Assembly (NCBI GenBank): GCA_942492375.1
Contig: CALOEL010000018.1
Coordinates: forward strand, 22,706 to 86,705
Reading direction: 5' to 3'
Length of the DNA: 64,000 nucleotides
DNA from: an uncultured Alphaproteobacteria bacterium
GTDB lineage: Bacteria > Pseudomonadota > Alphaproteobacteria > Rhodobacterales > Rhodobacteraceae
A program made the position numbers and the translations under genes. Shown piece after piece: positions 47,946-57,778 of this stretch; position 1 is the stretch's first letter, and each line of letters starts with the position of its first letter. The notes beneath the pieces were generated by a model, which ran no database searches, was not told the origin of the DNA, and saw nothing but the letters and a program-made list of their open reading frames with translations.

Positions 47946-48962
47946 TCAGCTCGCGGTCGTGATCCGCGCCAGCCGATGCAGCTTTTCCAGGGCGCGGCCG
48001 GATTCGAGGCTCTCGGTCGCGATCTCTACACCCTCGGTCAGCGTCGCGGCGCGGTCGGCGATCAGCAGTGCCGCGGCGGCGTTCAACAGAACCGCGTCCC
48101 GGTAGGCGCCTTTCGCCCCGCCAAGGACGGTGGCCAGGGCCCTGCCATTCTCTTCCGGCGTGCCGCCGGTGATCGCCTCGAAGGGATGGATCGGCAGACC
48201 GGCCTCTTCGGGATGGATCTCGCGCTCGCTCACCGTCCCGGCATCCAGTTCGGCGATCCAGCTGATCCCGGTGATGGTCAGCTCGTCGGTGCCGTCCGAG
48301 CCATGGACAAGCCAGGCTTTCTCGCTGCCCAGCCGGCCAAGCGTTTCCGCCATCGGACGGATCAGGTCGCGGCTGAACGTGCCGGTCAGCTGGCGCTTGA
48401 CACCGGCCGGGTTGGTCATCGGGCCGAGGATGTTGAAGATCGTGCGGGTGCCAAGCTCGATCCGGCTGGGCATCACATGCTTCATCGCCGGATGATGCAT
48501 CGGCGCCATCATGAAGGCGATCCCGACCTCGGCCAGCGCCTTCTCGACCACTTCGGGGCCGACCATGACCTCGATGCCATTCGCGGCCAGCGCATCGGCC
48601 GAGCCGGAATTGGACGAAAGTTTCCGGTTGCCGTGTTTGGCCACCGGCACGCCTGCGCCCGCGACTGTGAAGGCTGTGGCGGTCGAGATCTGCAGCGTCG
48701 GTTTGCCCGAGCCGCCGGTGCCGACGATGTCGATCGCGTCCTTGGGCGCGCGGACCCGGTTGCATTTCGCACGCATGACCGAGGCCGCGGCGGCGAACTC
48801 GTCGACCGTTTCGCCGCGGGTCCGAAGCGCCATGAGAAAGCCGCCGATCTGGCTGGGCGTGGCCTGGCCCTCGAACAGGATGTCGAAGGCCGCTTCGGCC
48901 TCGGCGCGGGTCAGCGGCCGGTCGGCGGCGGCCGCGATCATCGGCTTCAGGTCGTCGCTCAT
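47946..48962 (-). CDS. trpD: Anthranilate phosphoribosyltransferase
   Basis: Internal ATG at 48962 ([52 protein letters not shown]...DIVGTGG). ATGA overlap with the trpG stop. 338 aa. Confidence 0.9.
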   Translation of the reverse strand: MSDDLKPMIAAAADRPLTRAEAEAAFDILFEGQATPSQIGGFLMALRTRGETVDEFAAAASVMRAKCNRVRAPKDAIDIVGTGGSGKPTLQISTATAFTVAGAGVPVAKHGNRKLSSNSGSADALAANGIEVMVGPEVVEKALAEVGIAFMMAPMHHPAMKHVMPSRIELGTRTIFNILGPMTNPAGVKRQLTGTFSRDLIRPMAETLGRLGSEKAWLVHGSDGTDELTITGISWIAELDAGTVSEREIHPEEAGLPIHPFEAITGGTPEENGRALATVLGGAKGAYRDAVLLNAAAALLIADRAATLTEGVEIATESLESGRALEKLHRLARITTAS

Positions 48963-49540
48963 GCCGGAACCTTCGCCAGATCCAGAAAATTCCGCAACAG
49001 CCGGTGGCCATGTTCCGAGGCGATGGATTCGGGATGGAACTGCACGCCGTGGATCGGCAGCGTCTTGTGTTGCAGCCCCATGATCGCTCCATCTTCCAGA
49101 TCCGCTGTCACCTCCAGCACGTCGGGCAGGCTTTCGCGCTCCACCACCAGCGAGTGATAGCGGGTTGCGGCGAAGGGTGAGGGCAGGCCGGCGAAGACGC
49201 CTTGGCCAGTGTGCCTGATCGTTCCCATCTTGCCGTGCACGATCTCGTGGCAACGCACGACCTTGCCGCCGAAGGCCTGTCCGATCGCCTGATGGCCGAG
49301 GCAGACACCCAGAAGCGGCGTCCGGGTTTCCGCGGCCGCCTCGGTCAATGCAAGGCAAATCCCGGCCTGATCGGGGGTGCAGGGGCCCGGAGAAAGCAGG
49401 ATCGCGCCCGGATTCAGCGCCATCGCCTGTTGCACATCGACCGCATCGTTGCGCTTAACGACCACCTCGGCACCCAATTCCCCGAGATAATGCACGAGAT
49501 TGTAGGTAAAGCTGTCGTAGTTATCGATCATCAGCAGCAT
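48959..49540 (-). CDS. trpG: Anthranilate synthase component II (glutamine amidotransferase)
   Basis: [23 protein letters not shown]...GVCLGHQAI.... 193 aa. Confidence 0.9.
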   Translation of the reverse strand: MLLMIDNYDSFTYNLVHYLGELGAEVVVKRNDAVDVQQAMALNPGAILLSPGPCTPDQAGICLALTEAAAETRTPLLGVCLGHQAIGQAFGGKVVRCHEIVHGKMGTIRHTGQGVFAGLPSPFAATRYHSLVVERESLPDVLEVTADLEDGAIMGLQHKTLPIHGVQFHPESIASEHGHRLLRNFLDLAKVPA

Positions 49541-49591
49541 GGGTCCGGCTCCGGCAAAAGGGGGTGAACCCTTGGAAATGTCGCGGTATAC

Positions 49592-51235
49592 ATGTTCAAC
49601 AGGCAGAACCGGGGGTCAAGACATCCCGGTCGACAGGCAGGCAGCAGGACGGAGGAATCGGGTTTGGGGCGCGGATTTTTGGCGGGTCTGGTCTGGGGCA
49701 GCATCCTTTCGGTGATGCTGGTCTGGATGGCTTCGCAGATGGGAGGCATGTTCGAGGTGCTGAAAACGCCTGACGAGGTCGCGGAAATCGCGCCCGAGGC
49801 CGAACAGGTCGATGTTCCGGAACCGATCGCTGTCGAGCCCCTCGAATCCGAAGCGGACGATGCGCCCGACCGCGATGCCGCCGATATCGCGCCAGAGGAT
49901 GTCGCGGCGCTGCCGGATGTCGAGGCCGCGCCGCCGGCCGCTCCGATCGATGAAATCCCCGACGCCGTGCCTGCGCCGGCCGATCCCGCGCCGGTCGCAG
50001 AGGACGAACCCGCGGTCGCCCCGGAGGCTGCCGATGTGGCGACCGAACCCGAAGCGCCGGCGGCCGAGGCCGCGCCGGTTCTGACAGCGACATACGACCC
50101 GCCGCAGAGGGTTGAGGACCTCGCTCCGCCGGCAGACCAGCCCTCTGCCGAGGAAACGCCGGCAATCGCGGACAGTGCCGGACTGCCGGAATTCGGCAAG
50201 CCGATCGTCGTCGAGCCTGACCCGCCGTCGCAGCCGGAAATTCTTGCCGAGACCGCACCGGAAGCCCCCGAGGCGCGACTGGTCGAGGCGCCCCGGACGC
50301 CAGAGGCGAGGGCGATGCCGGAGGCCGCGCCGGTTCCCGACATCCCGCCGGTTGCCGAAGCCGGCCCGGCGCCGCTGCCGGAGCCTGCGGAAAGTCCGGA
50401 TGTCGAGACTGCGGAGCTGGACGAGCAGCTTCCGCGCCTGATCGAGCCTTCGGAGGGTCTGACCAATCTCGCGCCGAACGTGAAGGTGAACCGGCTGCCC
50501 GCCATCGGCCGCGCGCCGGAAGAACCCGAAGCCGAAGCGGAGCCGGATCTGGACGAACCGGAGGGACCGGCGCTTGGCCGCTATGCCGCGCCCTTCTCCA
50601 ATCCGTCGGGCCGGCCGCTCATGGCGATCCTGCTGCTCGATGAAGAGGGCCAGCCGGCCGGCGGTACCGAGATGGCGGCGTTTCCCTTCCCGGTCAGCCA
50701 TGTCGTCGATGCCGCACGGCCCGATGCGGCGGAAGCGATGCAAGCCTACCGGTCGGCCGGGCGCGAGGTCGTCGCGATGACGCCGCTGCCGGACGGGGCC
50801 GGGCCGCGTGATGTCGAGGTCGCCTTCGAAACCTATCTTGACCGGGTGCCGGAAGCCGTGGCGGTGATGGACACCGAGGCGGCCGGGTTCCAGTCGGGCC
50901 GGCCCGTCGCCTCGCAGGTGGCGGAGATCCTGGCCGCGCGCGGGATGGGAATGATCACCTATCCGAAGGGACTGAACTCGGCGACTCAGGTGGCGGAGCG
51001 TGAAGGTGTGCCGGCCAAGCTGGTGTTCCGGGAATTCGACGCCGAGGGCCGGGACAGCGCCGCGATCCAGCGATTCCTCGACCAGGCGGCGTTCCGCGCC
51101 GGGCAGCAGAGCGGCGTGATCCTGGTCGGGCATAACCGGCCGGAAACGGTGGCGGCGCTTCTGGAATGGGGGCTGGGGAACCGGGCGGCGACGGTGATGC
51201 TGGCGCCGATCTCGGCGGCATTGCTGGCGGAATGA
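49592..51235 (+). CDS. Divergent polysaccharide deacetylase (YibQ/DUF610-like) with an N-terminal TM segment and a long acidic Pro/Ala/Glu-rich linker
   Basis: TM segment [19 protein letters not shown], about 250 aa of low-complexity PAPE-rich sequence, then a C-terminal globular domain (...[12 protein letters not shown]...VAMTPLP...[18 protein letters not shown]). The family call is tentative. Confidence 0.65.
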   Translation: MFNRQNRGSRHPGRQAGSRTEESGLGRGFLAGLVWGSILSVMLVWMASQMGGMFEVLKTPDEVAEIAPEAEQVDVPEPIAVEPLESEADDAPDRDAADIAPEDVAALPDVEAAPPAAPIDEIPDAVPAPADPAPVAEDEPAVAPEAADVATEPEAPAAEAAPVLTATYDPPQRVEDLAPPADQPSAEETPAIADSAGLPEFGKPIVVEPDPPSQPEILAETAPEAPEARLVEAPRTPEARAMPEAAPVPDIPPVAEAGPAPLPEPAESPDVETAELDEQLPRLIEPSEGLTNLAPNVKVNRLPAIGRAPEEPEAEAEPDLDEPEGPALGRYAAPFSNPSGRPLMAILLLDEEGQPAGGTEMAAFPFPVSHVVDAARPDAAEAMQAYRSAGREVVAMTPLPDGAGPRDVEVAFETYLDRVPEAVAVMDTEAAGFQSGRPVASQVAEILAARGMGMITYPKGLNSATQVAEREGVPAKLVFREFDAEGRDSAAIQRFLDQAAFRAGQQSGVILVGHNRPETVAALLEWGLGNRAATVMLAPISAALLAE

Positions 51236-51278
51236 GGGGCGGGTGGGCCGGAACGGCCTGACGGGTCCGACCGGGGGT

Positions 51279-51298
51279 GTCCACATGTGGACGTTTTT
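51279..51298 (+). terminator. Intrinsic terminator downstream of the YibQ-like gene
   Basis: GTCCA-CATG-TGGAC palindrome followed by GTTTTT. Confidence 0.6.
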
Positions 51299-51719
51299 CC
51301 AACCCGTTGAAATCTATTGAACTTCGTTTTTTTGTTTACCCGATCTTAACCCTACCGGACGCTGCCGGGGCGATACGCGCAACAGTCGGCGGGCCGGGGC
51401 GCGGGGCCATCGCGGCGACCGGCGCGCGGCCATACGCCGGACATGGCAGAGCTGCGCGATCGCGATCCGGGGTCTGGTCCGCACCGTTCATATGACATGT
51501 CCGGAGAAGACCGGAGCGCCGCGCCGGTTTGCAGGTGGGCATCTGGTTTGACCACCAATTGGCAGATAGTTGGACTTGTCCGGGTCCGGGTCCGGAATTG
51601 ACTGCGGGATGCGGACATTCATGCGTCGCGCGGCGAATGATAGGGAAGAGCCCAGACTCACCGATGCTGCGGGGCGCGCGAATGTCGGCTTTCGTCCGGC
51701 GCGTCGCACCATGATGGAG

Positions 51720-52571
51720 TTAGTCAGCTTCCACCAAGTCACTCCGGGCATCGCGGATGATCATCCACGACGAATGCAGGAAAAGCCCCGCGATCGCGAA
51801 CGCGACGATCAGGTCGGGCCATGCACTGCCAAGCCACGCGACCAGCCCGGCGGCGATGACCACGGCGAGGTTGCCGATGGCGTCGTTGCGAGAGAACAGC
51901 CAGACGGCTCGCATATTGGCATCACCCTTGCGGTGCTTTAGCAGCGGCAGCACCGCGAGGATGTTTACGATCAGCGCACCTACCGCGAAGGCTCCCATCA
52001 ACCCGGCTTCTGGCGTGGTCTGGTTGAGGACACGCCAGAGCGTGCTGCCGACAACGCCAAGGCCCAGAAGGCCCAGAAACACGCCTTGGATCATCGCCGA
52101 CCGCGCCCGCCATGTCAGGCTCCAGCCGATGGCGAGCAGGCCCAGAAACGTGATCGCACCATCGCCCAGAAAATCGAGCGCGTCTGCCTTCAGCGCCTGC
52201 GAACCGGACAGGAACCCGCCGAACATTTCGACCACGCCGTATCCGAGATTGAGCGCGACCACGATCCAGAGCGCGCGGCGATAGCTCGGGTCCTTGTAGG
52301 CCGGATCGGACGATGTATCGCCGTCCTCGATCTTCTCGAAACCGTAGCCGGTCGCGTCGAGCGCGGGCCGCACTTTCGGCAGATCGCCGTCCGCGATCCG
52401 CAATGTCATGATGTGGGTGGCGGCGGACACTTTCACGTCGCCTTCGGCCACGCCCGCAGACCGGGCCGCGCGCTCGATCTCGGCGGCATCTTTCGCGCAG
52501 TCCATGCCTTGCACCCGCATTCGGATCGGGGAGGAGGCTGTCGCCAACTTGCTGTTATCGGGCTGGCTCAT
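51720..52571 (-). CDS. Cation diffusion facilitator-type transporter with an N-terminal HMA-like domain and no recognisable C-terminal cytoplasmic domain
   Basis: N-terminal region IRMRVQGMDCAKDAAEIE (a GMxCxxC-like motif with the second Cys replaced by Asp). The membrane domain has CDF TM2/TM5 motifs: ALKADALDFLGD and WLFSRNDAIGNL. The ORF ends about 10 aa after the last TM span. Confidence 0.75.
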   Translation of the reverse strand: MSQPDNSKLATASSPIRMRVQGMDCAKDAAEIERAARSAGVAEGDVKVSAATHIMTLRIADGDLPKVRPALDATGYGFEKIEDGDTSSDPAYKDPSYRRALWIVVALNLGYGVVEMFGGFLSGSQALKADALDFLGDGAITFLGLLAIGWSLTWRARSAMIQGVFLGLLGLGVVGSTLWRVLNQTTPEAGLMGAFAVGALIVNILAVLPLLKHRKGDANMRAVWLFSRNDAIGNLAVVIAAGLVAWLGSAWPDLIVAFAIAGLFLHSSWMIIRDARSDLVEAD

Positions 52572-52634
52572 GTGCGATCCTTTTTGTGGTGGCGGGCGAA
52601 AAGGTACGCTGCTAACGTATCAGTGGATAATGAT

Positions 52635-52985
52635 ATGACAGCGCAAAACATTCAAGACGATCTTTCGGCACCCGATACACTGGAACTGCGGGCAAAGCTC
52701 TTCCGGGGCCTAAGCGATCCCAGCCGTCTGACGATCCTCGATGCGCTGGTGTCGGACGAACGCAACGTGCAGGAAATCGTCGGGCATACGGGTTTGGGTC
52801 AGCCCAACGTCTCGAACCATCTGCGCTGTCTGCTGGAATGCGGGCTGGTCAGTCGCCGCAGCAAAGGCCGCTTCGTTCGGTATCGTCTGGCGGACAGGCG
52901 GGTCGCCGATCTCATCCGTGATGCAGATCAGCTACTTGCCTCGACAGCCAACGGAGTTGATGCCTGCCAAAGCTATACGGACTAA
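52635..52985 (+). CDS. ArsR/SmtB family metalloregulator, CmtR-like (Cys-x3-Cys in the recognition helix plus a C-terminal Cys)
   Basis: ...LSDPSRLTILDALVSDERNVQEIVGHTGLGQPNVSNHLRCLLECGLVSRRSKGRFVRYRLAD...VDACQSYTD closely parallels, from memory, M. tuberculosis CmtR (SNVSNHLSCLRGCGLV...GRQVRYALAD...QPC). Divergent from the CDF gene. Confidence 0.85.
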   Translation: MTAQNIQDDLSAPDTLELRAKLFRGLSDPSRLTILDALVSDERNVQEIVGHTGLGQPNVSNHLRCLLECGLVSRRSKGRFVRYRLADRRVADLIRDADQLLASTANGVDACQSYTD

Positions 52986-53138
52986 CCGGCGCGACCTGCT
53001 GCAATGTCCTATCGGTGCGCCAAACCTGAAGCAGCCATCTGCGCATCCGCAGCGAATGCACCCTTTGTCCGCTAAATACCAGTCCGTCGCCGGCGCAGCG
53101 AAAGGCGGCTGTTCCGGACACCGCCCGCGTCATGCGCG

Positions 53139-54650
53139 TCAGGAATTGCCGCCCCTCGTGAACATCCCCGCATCCGCCGCCGCGCGGCGGATGGCGTTGG
53201 ATTTGTGCACGGTTTCCTGGTATTCGGCCTCGGCGTCGCTGTCATAGACGACGCCGCCGCCGGCTTGAATGTAAAGCTTTTCGTCCTTCAACACGGCGGT
53301 GCGCAGCGCGATGCACATGTCCATGTCGCCGTTCGCGGCGAAATAGCCGACGCCGCCGCCATAGACGCCGCGTTTCTCGGGTTCGAGCTCGTCGATGATC
53401 TGCATCGCGCGGACCTTGGGCGCCCCCGAGACGGTGCCGGCGGGCAGGCCGGCGAGAAGGGCGGAGAGCGCGTCCTGATCGTCGGCCAGTTCGCCGACGA
53501 CGTTCGAGACGATGTGCATCACGTGGCTGTAGCGTTCGATGATGAACTGCTCGGTCGGGCGCACGGTGCCGATCTTCGAGACCTTGCCGGTGTCGTTGCG
53601 GCCGAGGTCGAGCAGCATCAGGTGCTCGGCGAGTTCTTTTTGGTCGGCCAGGAGGCTGGCCTCATGCGCCTTGTCCTCCTCGGGCGTCGCGCCGCGCGGG
53701 CGGGTGCCGGCGATCGGGCGGATGGTGACTTCGTTGCCGAAGACGCGGACGAGGATTTCGGGGCTCGCGCCGATCACCTGGTAGCTGCCGAAATTGAAGT
53801 AGAACATGAAGGGCGACGGGTTGGTGCGCCGGAGCGAACGGTAGAGCGCGAAGGGCGGCAGGGCGAAATCGAGGCTCCAGCGCTGCGACGGGACCACCTG
53901 GAAGATGTCGCCGGCGCGGATATAGTCCTTGGCCTTCTCGACGGCGTCGAGATAGCCCTGATGGGTGAAATTGCTGACCGGTTCGGCGTCCGGCAGCACT
54001 TCGCCCAGATCGTGGCTGGTGTCCCTGGGCTGGCGTTCGAGGTCGCGGACGGCGTCCATCACCCGCTCGGCGGCCTGCGCGTAGGCGGCGCGGGCCGAGA
54101 GCCCCGAGGCGGTCCAGGCGGGGGAGACGACGATGACCTCTCCCTTCACGCCGTCGAGGACGGCCACGACCGAGGGGCGCAAGAGCACCGCGTCGGGCAG
54201 GTCGAGCGGGTCCGGGTTCACGTCGGGCAGGTGTTCGACGAGCCGGATCATGTCATAGCCAAGATAGCCGAATAGCCCTGACGCGGCGGCGGGCAGGTCG
54301 GGTGGCAGGTCGATATGGCTTTCGGCGATCAGCGCGCGCAGCGTGTCGAGCGGATGGCCGACGAGGCCGGTGAAGGCATCGGGATCGAAGCGGGCGTCGC
54401 GGTTGACCTCGGACGTCTCGCCGCGGCAGCGCCAGACGAGGTCGGGCTTCATGCCGATGATCGAGTAGCGCCCGCGCACCTCGCCGCCGGTGACGGATTC
54501 CAGCATGAAGCTGTCGGTGCCGGCCTCGGTCAGTTTCAGCATCAGCGAGACCGGCGTGTCGAGATCGGCCGCCAGCCGGGTGTAGACGACCTGGTTCAGC
54601 CCACGCTCGTATCCGGACTGGAACTGATCGAAGGAAGGATCGAGGGCCAT
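53139..54650 (-). CDS. trpE: Anthranilate synthase component I
   Basis: Internal ATG at 54650 (MALDPSFDQFQSGYERGLNQVVYTRLAADLDTPVSLMLKL...LESV...). C-terminal chorismate-binding block GAPKVRAMQIIDELE...GGVGYF. 503 aa. Confidence 0.9.
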   Translation of the reverse strand: MALDPSFDQFQSGYERGLNQVVYTRLAADLDTPVSLMLKLTEAGTDSFMLESVTGGEVRGRYSIIGMKPDLVWRCRGETSEVNRDARFDPDAFTGLVGHPLDTLRALIAESHIDLPPDLPAAASGLFGYLGYDMIRLVEHLPDVNPDPLDLPDAVLLRPSVVAVLDGVKGEVIVVSPAWTASGLSARAAYAQAAERVMDAVRDLERQPRDTSHDLGEVLPDAEPVSNFTHQGYLDAVEKAKDYIRAGDIFQVVPSQRWSLDFALPPFALYRSLRRTNPSPFMFYFNFGSYQVIGASPEILVRVFGNEVTIRPIAGTRPRGATPEEDKAHEASLLADQKELAEHLMLLDLGRNDTGKVSKIGTVRPTEQFIIERYSHVMHIVSNVVGELADDQDALSALLAGLPAGTVSGAPKVRAMQIIDELEPEKRGVYGGGVGYFAANGDMDMCIALRTAVLKDEKLYIQAGGGVVYDSDAEAEYQETVHKSNAIRRAAADAGMFTRGGNS

Positions 54651-54655
54651 GCGGA

Positions 54656-56506
54656 TCAGGGGAACTGGGCATGGACCGCGTTGATCGCGGTCTGGTTCAG
54701 GGAAATGCCGGCGCGGGATTCCATTGCGCCGGTGAACGTTTCGAGCAGGTCGTTGGCGATGCCCTGCCGCAGGCCCTCGTTGAACTCGGCCGTCATCTCT
54801 GCCGCGTCGGTATCCTCGGGGTCGGCGGGCAGGACTTCGTTGAGTTGGCCGATCAGGACGCCGTCGGGCGCCTGCACCACGGTGGCCGCGCCGGGGTCGA
54901 GCGTGAAGATGAGCGCGAGGAATTCCGGCGTCGCCTCTTCGATGAAGGCATCGCGGGTCAGCCTGGTCTCGACCGTGACCGGCAGGCCGAGGCCGCTGAG
55001 CGTCTCGCCGTCCCCGATCTCCGCCACGATTTCCTCGGCCCGTTCGGTCAGCGCGTTGCGGACCTGCGCGGCTTCCCAGGCTTCGATCACGCGGACCTTG
55101 GCGCTGTCGAAATCCTCGGTCCGCGACGGGATGACCTGGTTCAGCCGCAGCGCGAAGATGCCGCCGTCCTGAAGCTGGATCACCTCGGGGAAGTCCTCGG
55201 TCGTCGCGGCGGCGGCGGCGGTCTTGAAATCCTCGTAGGCGGTCAGATCCTCGGACATTTCGGGCGTCCATTCGACGGTGGCAAGCTGCATGTCGGTCTC
55301 TGCCGCGACCTCTTCCAGGGTCGCGCCGCCGGCCAGCAGGTCGTCGATGTCGTCGATCCGGTCGGCGATGATGCGCCGCGCGCGGTCCATGGTGAACTCG
55401 TCCTTCAACTCGTCGCGCGCCTCCTCGAACGGGGTCTGCTGGGCGGGAAGGATCGCGTTGACGCGGTAGAGCGCCGGGCCGAGATTGCTTTCGGCGGGGC
55501 CCGCGATGCCTGGCCCGTCAAGGCCGAAGACAGCGTCGGCGGCAGGGCCGAGATCGGCGCGCGAGACGTCGCCGAGATCGACATCCGGCAGTTCCAGGCC
55601 GCGTTCGGCCACGATGTCCTCGAAGCTCTTGCTGCCATCCTCGATCGCGGCGGCGGCGGCGTCAGCCTCGTCCTGCGAGCCGAAGACGACGCGCTCGACC
55701 AGCCGGCGCTCGGGCTGGTCGTATTCCTCGGCGCGATCCTCGTAAAGCTCGCGCAGGGCGGCGTCATCGACCTCGATCTGGTCGACGAGCTGATCGGGCG
55801 ACAGCCAGACATAGGTGATGTCGCGGGCTTCGGGGAGGGCGAACTGGTCGGGGTTTTCCTCGTAATAGGCGCGCAGCTCTTCTTCCGAAGGTTCCGGCAC
55901 CGCAGAGTCGAGCGTAGCCCGGTCAAGCTTGGTCCAGGTGAAGCTGCGCCGTTCGCCGACATAGCCCATCAGCGTGTCGGTGAATGTCTCGGGTGCGGCG
56001 ACGCCGCTGGACACCGTGGCCCGCAGGATGTCGCGCGCCAGATCCATGCGGATGCTTTCCTCGAACTGCGTGGGGCTGAGGCCGTTACGGTCGAGCGCGA
56101 ATTCATAGGCTTCGCGGTCGAAGTTGCCGTCGATCCCCTGAAACGCCGGCACCGAGATCACCTGCTGCTGCACCTCGGTATCACCGACGGAAATCCCAAT
56201 CCGTTCGGCCTCGTTCTCCAGTGCCGCGGCGCCGACAAGGCGCTGCAGCACCGCCCGGTCGATGCCGAAGGCCTGAGCTTGCGACAGGGTGATGTTCTGG
56301 CCGGTCTGGGCCGACAGGCTGCGCAGTTCCTGTTCCAGCTCGCGGGCATAGCGGGATGTCGTGATCTCGGTGTCGCCGACCGATCCGATCGAGCGGACGG
56401 AGCCGCCGAAATTGGTCGCGCCGAAGCCTGCAAGGCCGATCATCAGGAGGACCAGGATGATCCAGACGACGACATTGGATGCCTTCTTTTTCGCGCTCTT
56501 CGCCAT
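54656..56506 (-). CDS. Periplasmic chaperone/peptidyl-prolyl isomerase, PpiD/SurA-like
   Basis: Internal ATG at 56506 (MAKSAKKKASNVVVWIILVLLMIGLAGFG... N-terminal anchor). 616 aa. Located immediately upstream of trpE. Confidence 0.8.
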   Translation of the reverse strand: MAKSAKKKASNVVVWIILVLLMIGLAGFGATNFGGSVRSIGSVGDTEITTSRYARELEQELRSLSAQTGQNITLSQAQAFGIDRAVLQRLVGAAALENEAERIGISVGDTEVQQQVISVPAFQGIDGNFDREAYEFALDRNGLSPTQFEESIRMDLARDILRATVSSGVAAPETFTDTLMGYVGERRSFTWTKLDRATLDSAVPEPSEEELRAYYEENPDQFALPEARDITYVWLSPDQLVDQIEVDDAALRELYEDRAEEYDQPERRLVERVVFGSQDEADAAAAAIEDGSKSFEDIVAERGLELPDVDLGDVSRADLGPAADAVFGLDGPGIAGPAESNLGPALYRVNAILPAQQTPFEEARDELKDEFTMDRARRIIADRIDDIDDLLAGGATLEEVAAETDMQLATVEWTPEMSEDLTAYEDFKTAAAAATTEDFPEVIQLQDGGIFALRLNQVIPSRTEDFDSAKVRVIEAWEAAQVRNALTERAEEIVAEIGDGETLSGLGLPVTVETRLTRDAFIEEATPEFLALIFTLDPGAATVVQAPDGVLIGQLNEVLPADPEDTDAAEMTAEFNEGLRQGIANDLLETFTGAMESRAGISLNQTAINAVHAQFP

Positions 56507-56568
56507 ATCCCGGCCCCATCTTGATTTTGCAACGCGATGTCTAGGCGCGATGCCCATTCTGCGCAAGG

Positions 56569-57747
56569 TCAGAGCGTCAGGTTTTCCAGCCGGGAGAACA
56601 GGGTTTCGATGCCCGCCCGGTCGATATTGGCATAGGCGATCCGCAACTCTCGCTGGCCGCGCGGATCATCGGGCGGGGTGAAATAGCTGGCCGGCAGAAG
56701 CAGCAGCCCGGCCTCGGTCACCAGCCGCCGCGCCAGATCGTCGGAAGAGATGCCGAACGGATGCTCGATATAGGCGAAGAAGCCGCCCAGCCCCAGCAGG
56801 GTCCAGCCCGGAAGCCGGGCGATGCAGTCGCGCATGGCGGCGGCCCGGTCGAGGATCTCGGCCCGCTCACCCGCAAGCCATTGCTTCATGTTGCGCATCC
56901 CCCAAAGTGCTGCGCGCTGGCCGATCTGGTTGGGGCAGATGGTGACGGTATCGAGGTATTTCTCGACCTCGCTCAGCCGCTCGGCGCTGGTCGCGAGCGT
57001 GCCGACGCGGTGGCCCGTCAGCCGGTAGGCCTTGGAGAAGGAATAGAGCTGGATCAACGTCTGGTCCCAGTCGGGATCGGTGAAAAGGTCATGCGGTGGG
57101 CCGTCGCGGCTGTCGAAGTCGCGGTAGGTTTCATCGATGACGAGCGCCAGCGATTCGCGCTGACAGAGGTCATAGAAGGCGCGGACAAGATCGGCGGGAT
57201 ATTCGACGCCGCCGGGATTGTTCGGGGTGACCAGAACGATGGCGCGGGTGCGGGCCGTGATCAGCGCCTCGGCGACAGCCGGGTCGGGCAGCAGGTCAAT
57301 GCCGGTCGGCAGCGGCACGGCCCGGACGCCCTGCATGGTCAGGTGCATCTTGTGGTTGAAATACCAAGGGGTTGGCAGAAGCACCTCATCTCCCTCGGCG
57401 GCAAGGCTCGTCATCGCCGCCGTGAAGGCCTGATTGCAGCCCGAGGTGATCGCGACCTGATCCGCCGAGATCCGCCCGCCGTAGGTCGCGGCAGATTGCG
57501 CCGCCACTTCTTCGCGCAGCGCCGGCAGGCCCAGATCGTCACCGTATAGATGCGCCGCGGGATCGTTCAGCGCGATCTCGGCAATCGCGGCGCGCATGTC
57601 GTCGGGCGGCGGCAGCGCGGGAGCGGCCTGGCTGACATTCAGCAGCGGCCGGTCGGGCGGAAATTCGACGCCCGCCAGCCAACGCCGCGCCTCCATGACC
57701 GGCGGGGGCATCGTGGCGCGCAGATGCGGGTTGAAGGGCGTCGTCAT
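56569..57747 (-). CDS. Pyridoxal phosphate-dependent aminotransferase (class I/II)
   Basis: 392 aa, ...GCNQAF...LLPTPWYFNH...YSFSKAYRLTGHRVG (PLP-binding lysine motif). Confidence 0.85.
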   Translation of the reverse strand: MTTPFNPHLRATMPPPVMEARRWLAGVEFPPDRPLLNVSQAAPALPPPDDMRAAIAEIALNDPAAHLYGDDLGLPALREEVAAQSAATYGGRISADQVAITSGCNQAFTAAMTSLAAEGDEVLLPTPWYFNHKMHLTMQGVRAVPLPTGIDLLPDPAVAEALITARTRAIVLVTPNNPGGVEYPADLVRAFYDLCQRESLALVIDETYRDFDSRDGPPHDLFTDPDWDQTLIQLYSFSKAYRLTGHRVGTLATSAERLSEVEKYLDTVTICPNQIGQRAALWGMRNMKQWLAGERAEILDRAAAMRDCIARLPGWTLLGLGGFFAYIEHPFGISSDDLARRLVTEAGLLLLPASYFTPPDDPRGQRELRIAYANIDRAGIETLFSRLENLTL

Positions 57748-57778
57748 CGCGTTGCCTCGGTATCGCCCGGACGCGCCA

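Noticed and set aside
49531-51286. Several long minus-strand ORFs (324, 220 and 556 aa) opposite the YibQ-like gene
   Set aside because: They are generated by the repetitive GC-rich low-complexity coding region on the plus strand. Their products are Ser/Gly/Ala or Arg/Gly/Pro runs, and the ORFs overlap each other.
51571-51586. Short tandem CCGGGT repeat
   Set aside because: Only about 2.5 units, too short to call a microsatellite or a functional repeat.
54671-56524. 617-aa plus-strand ORF
   Set aside because: Antisense to the PpiD-like chaperone gene. No motifs.
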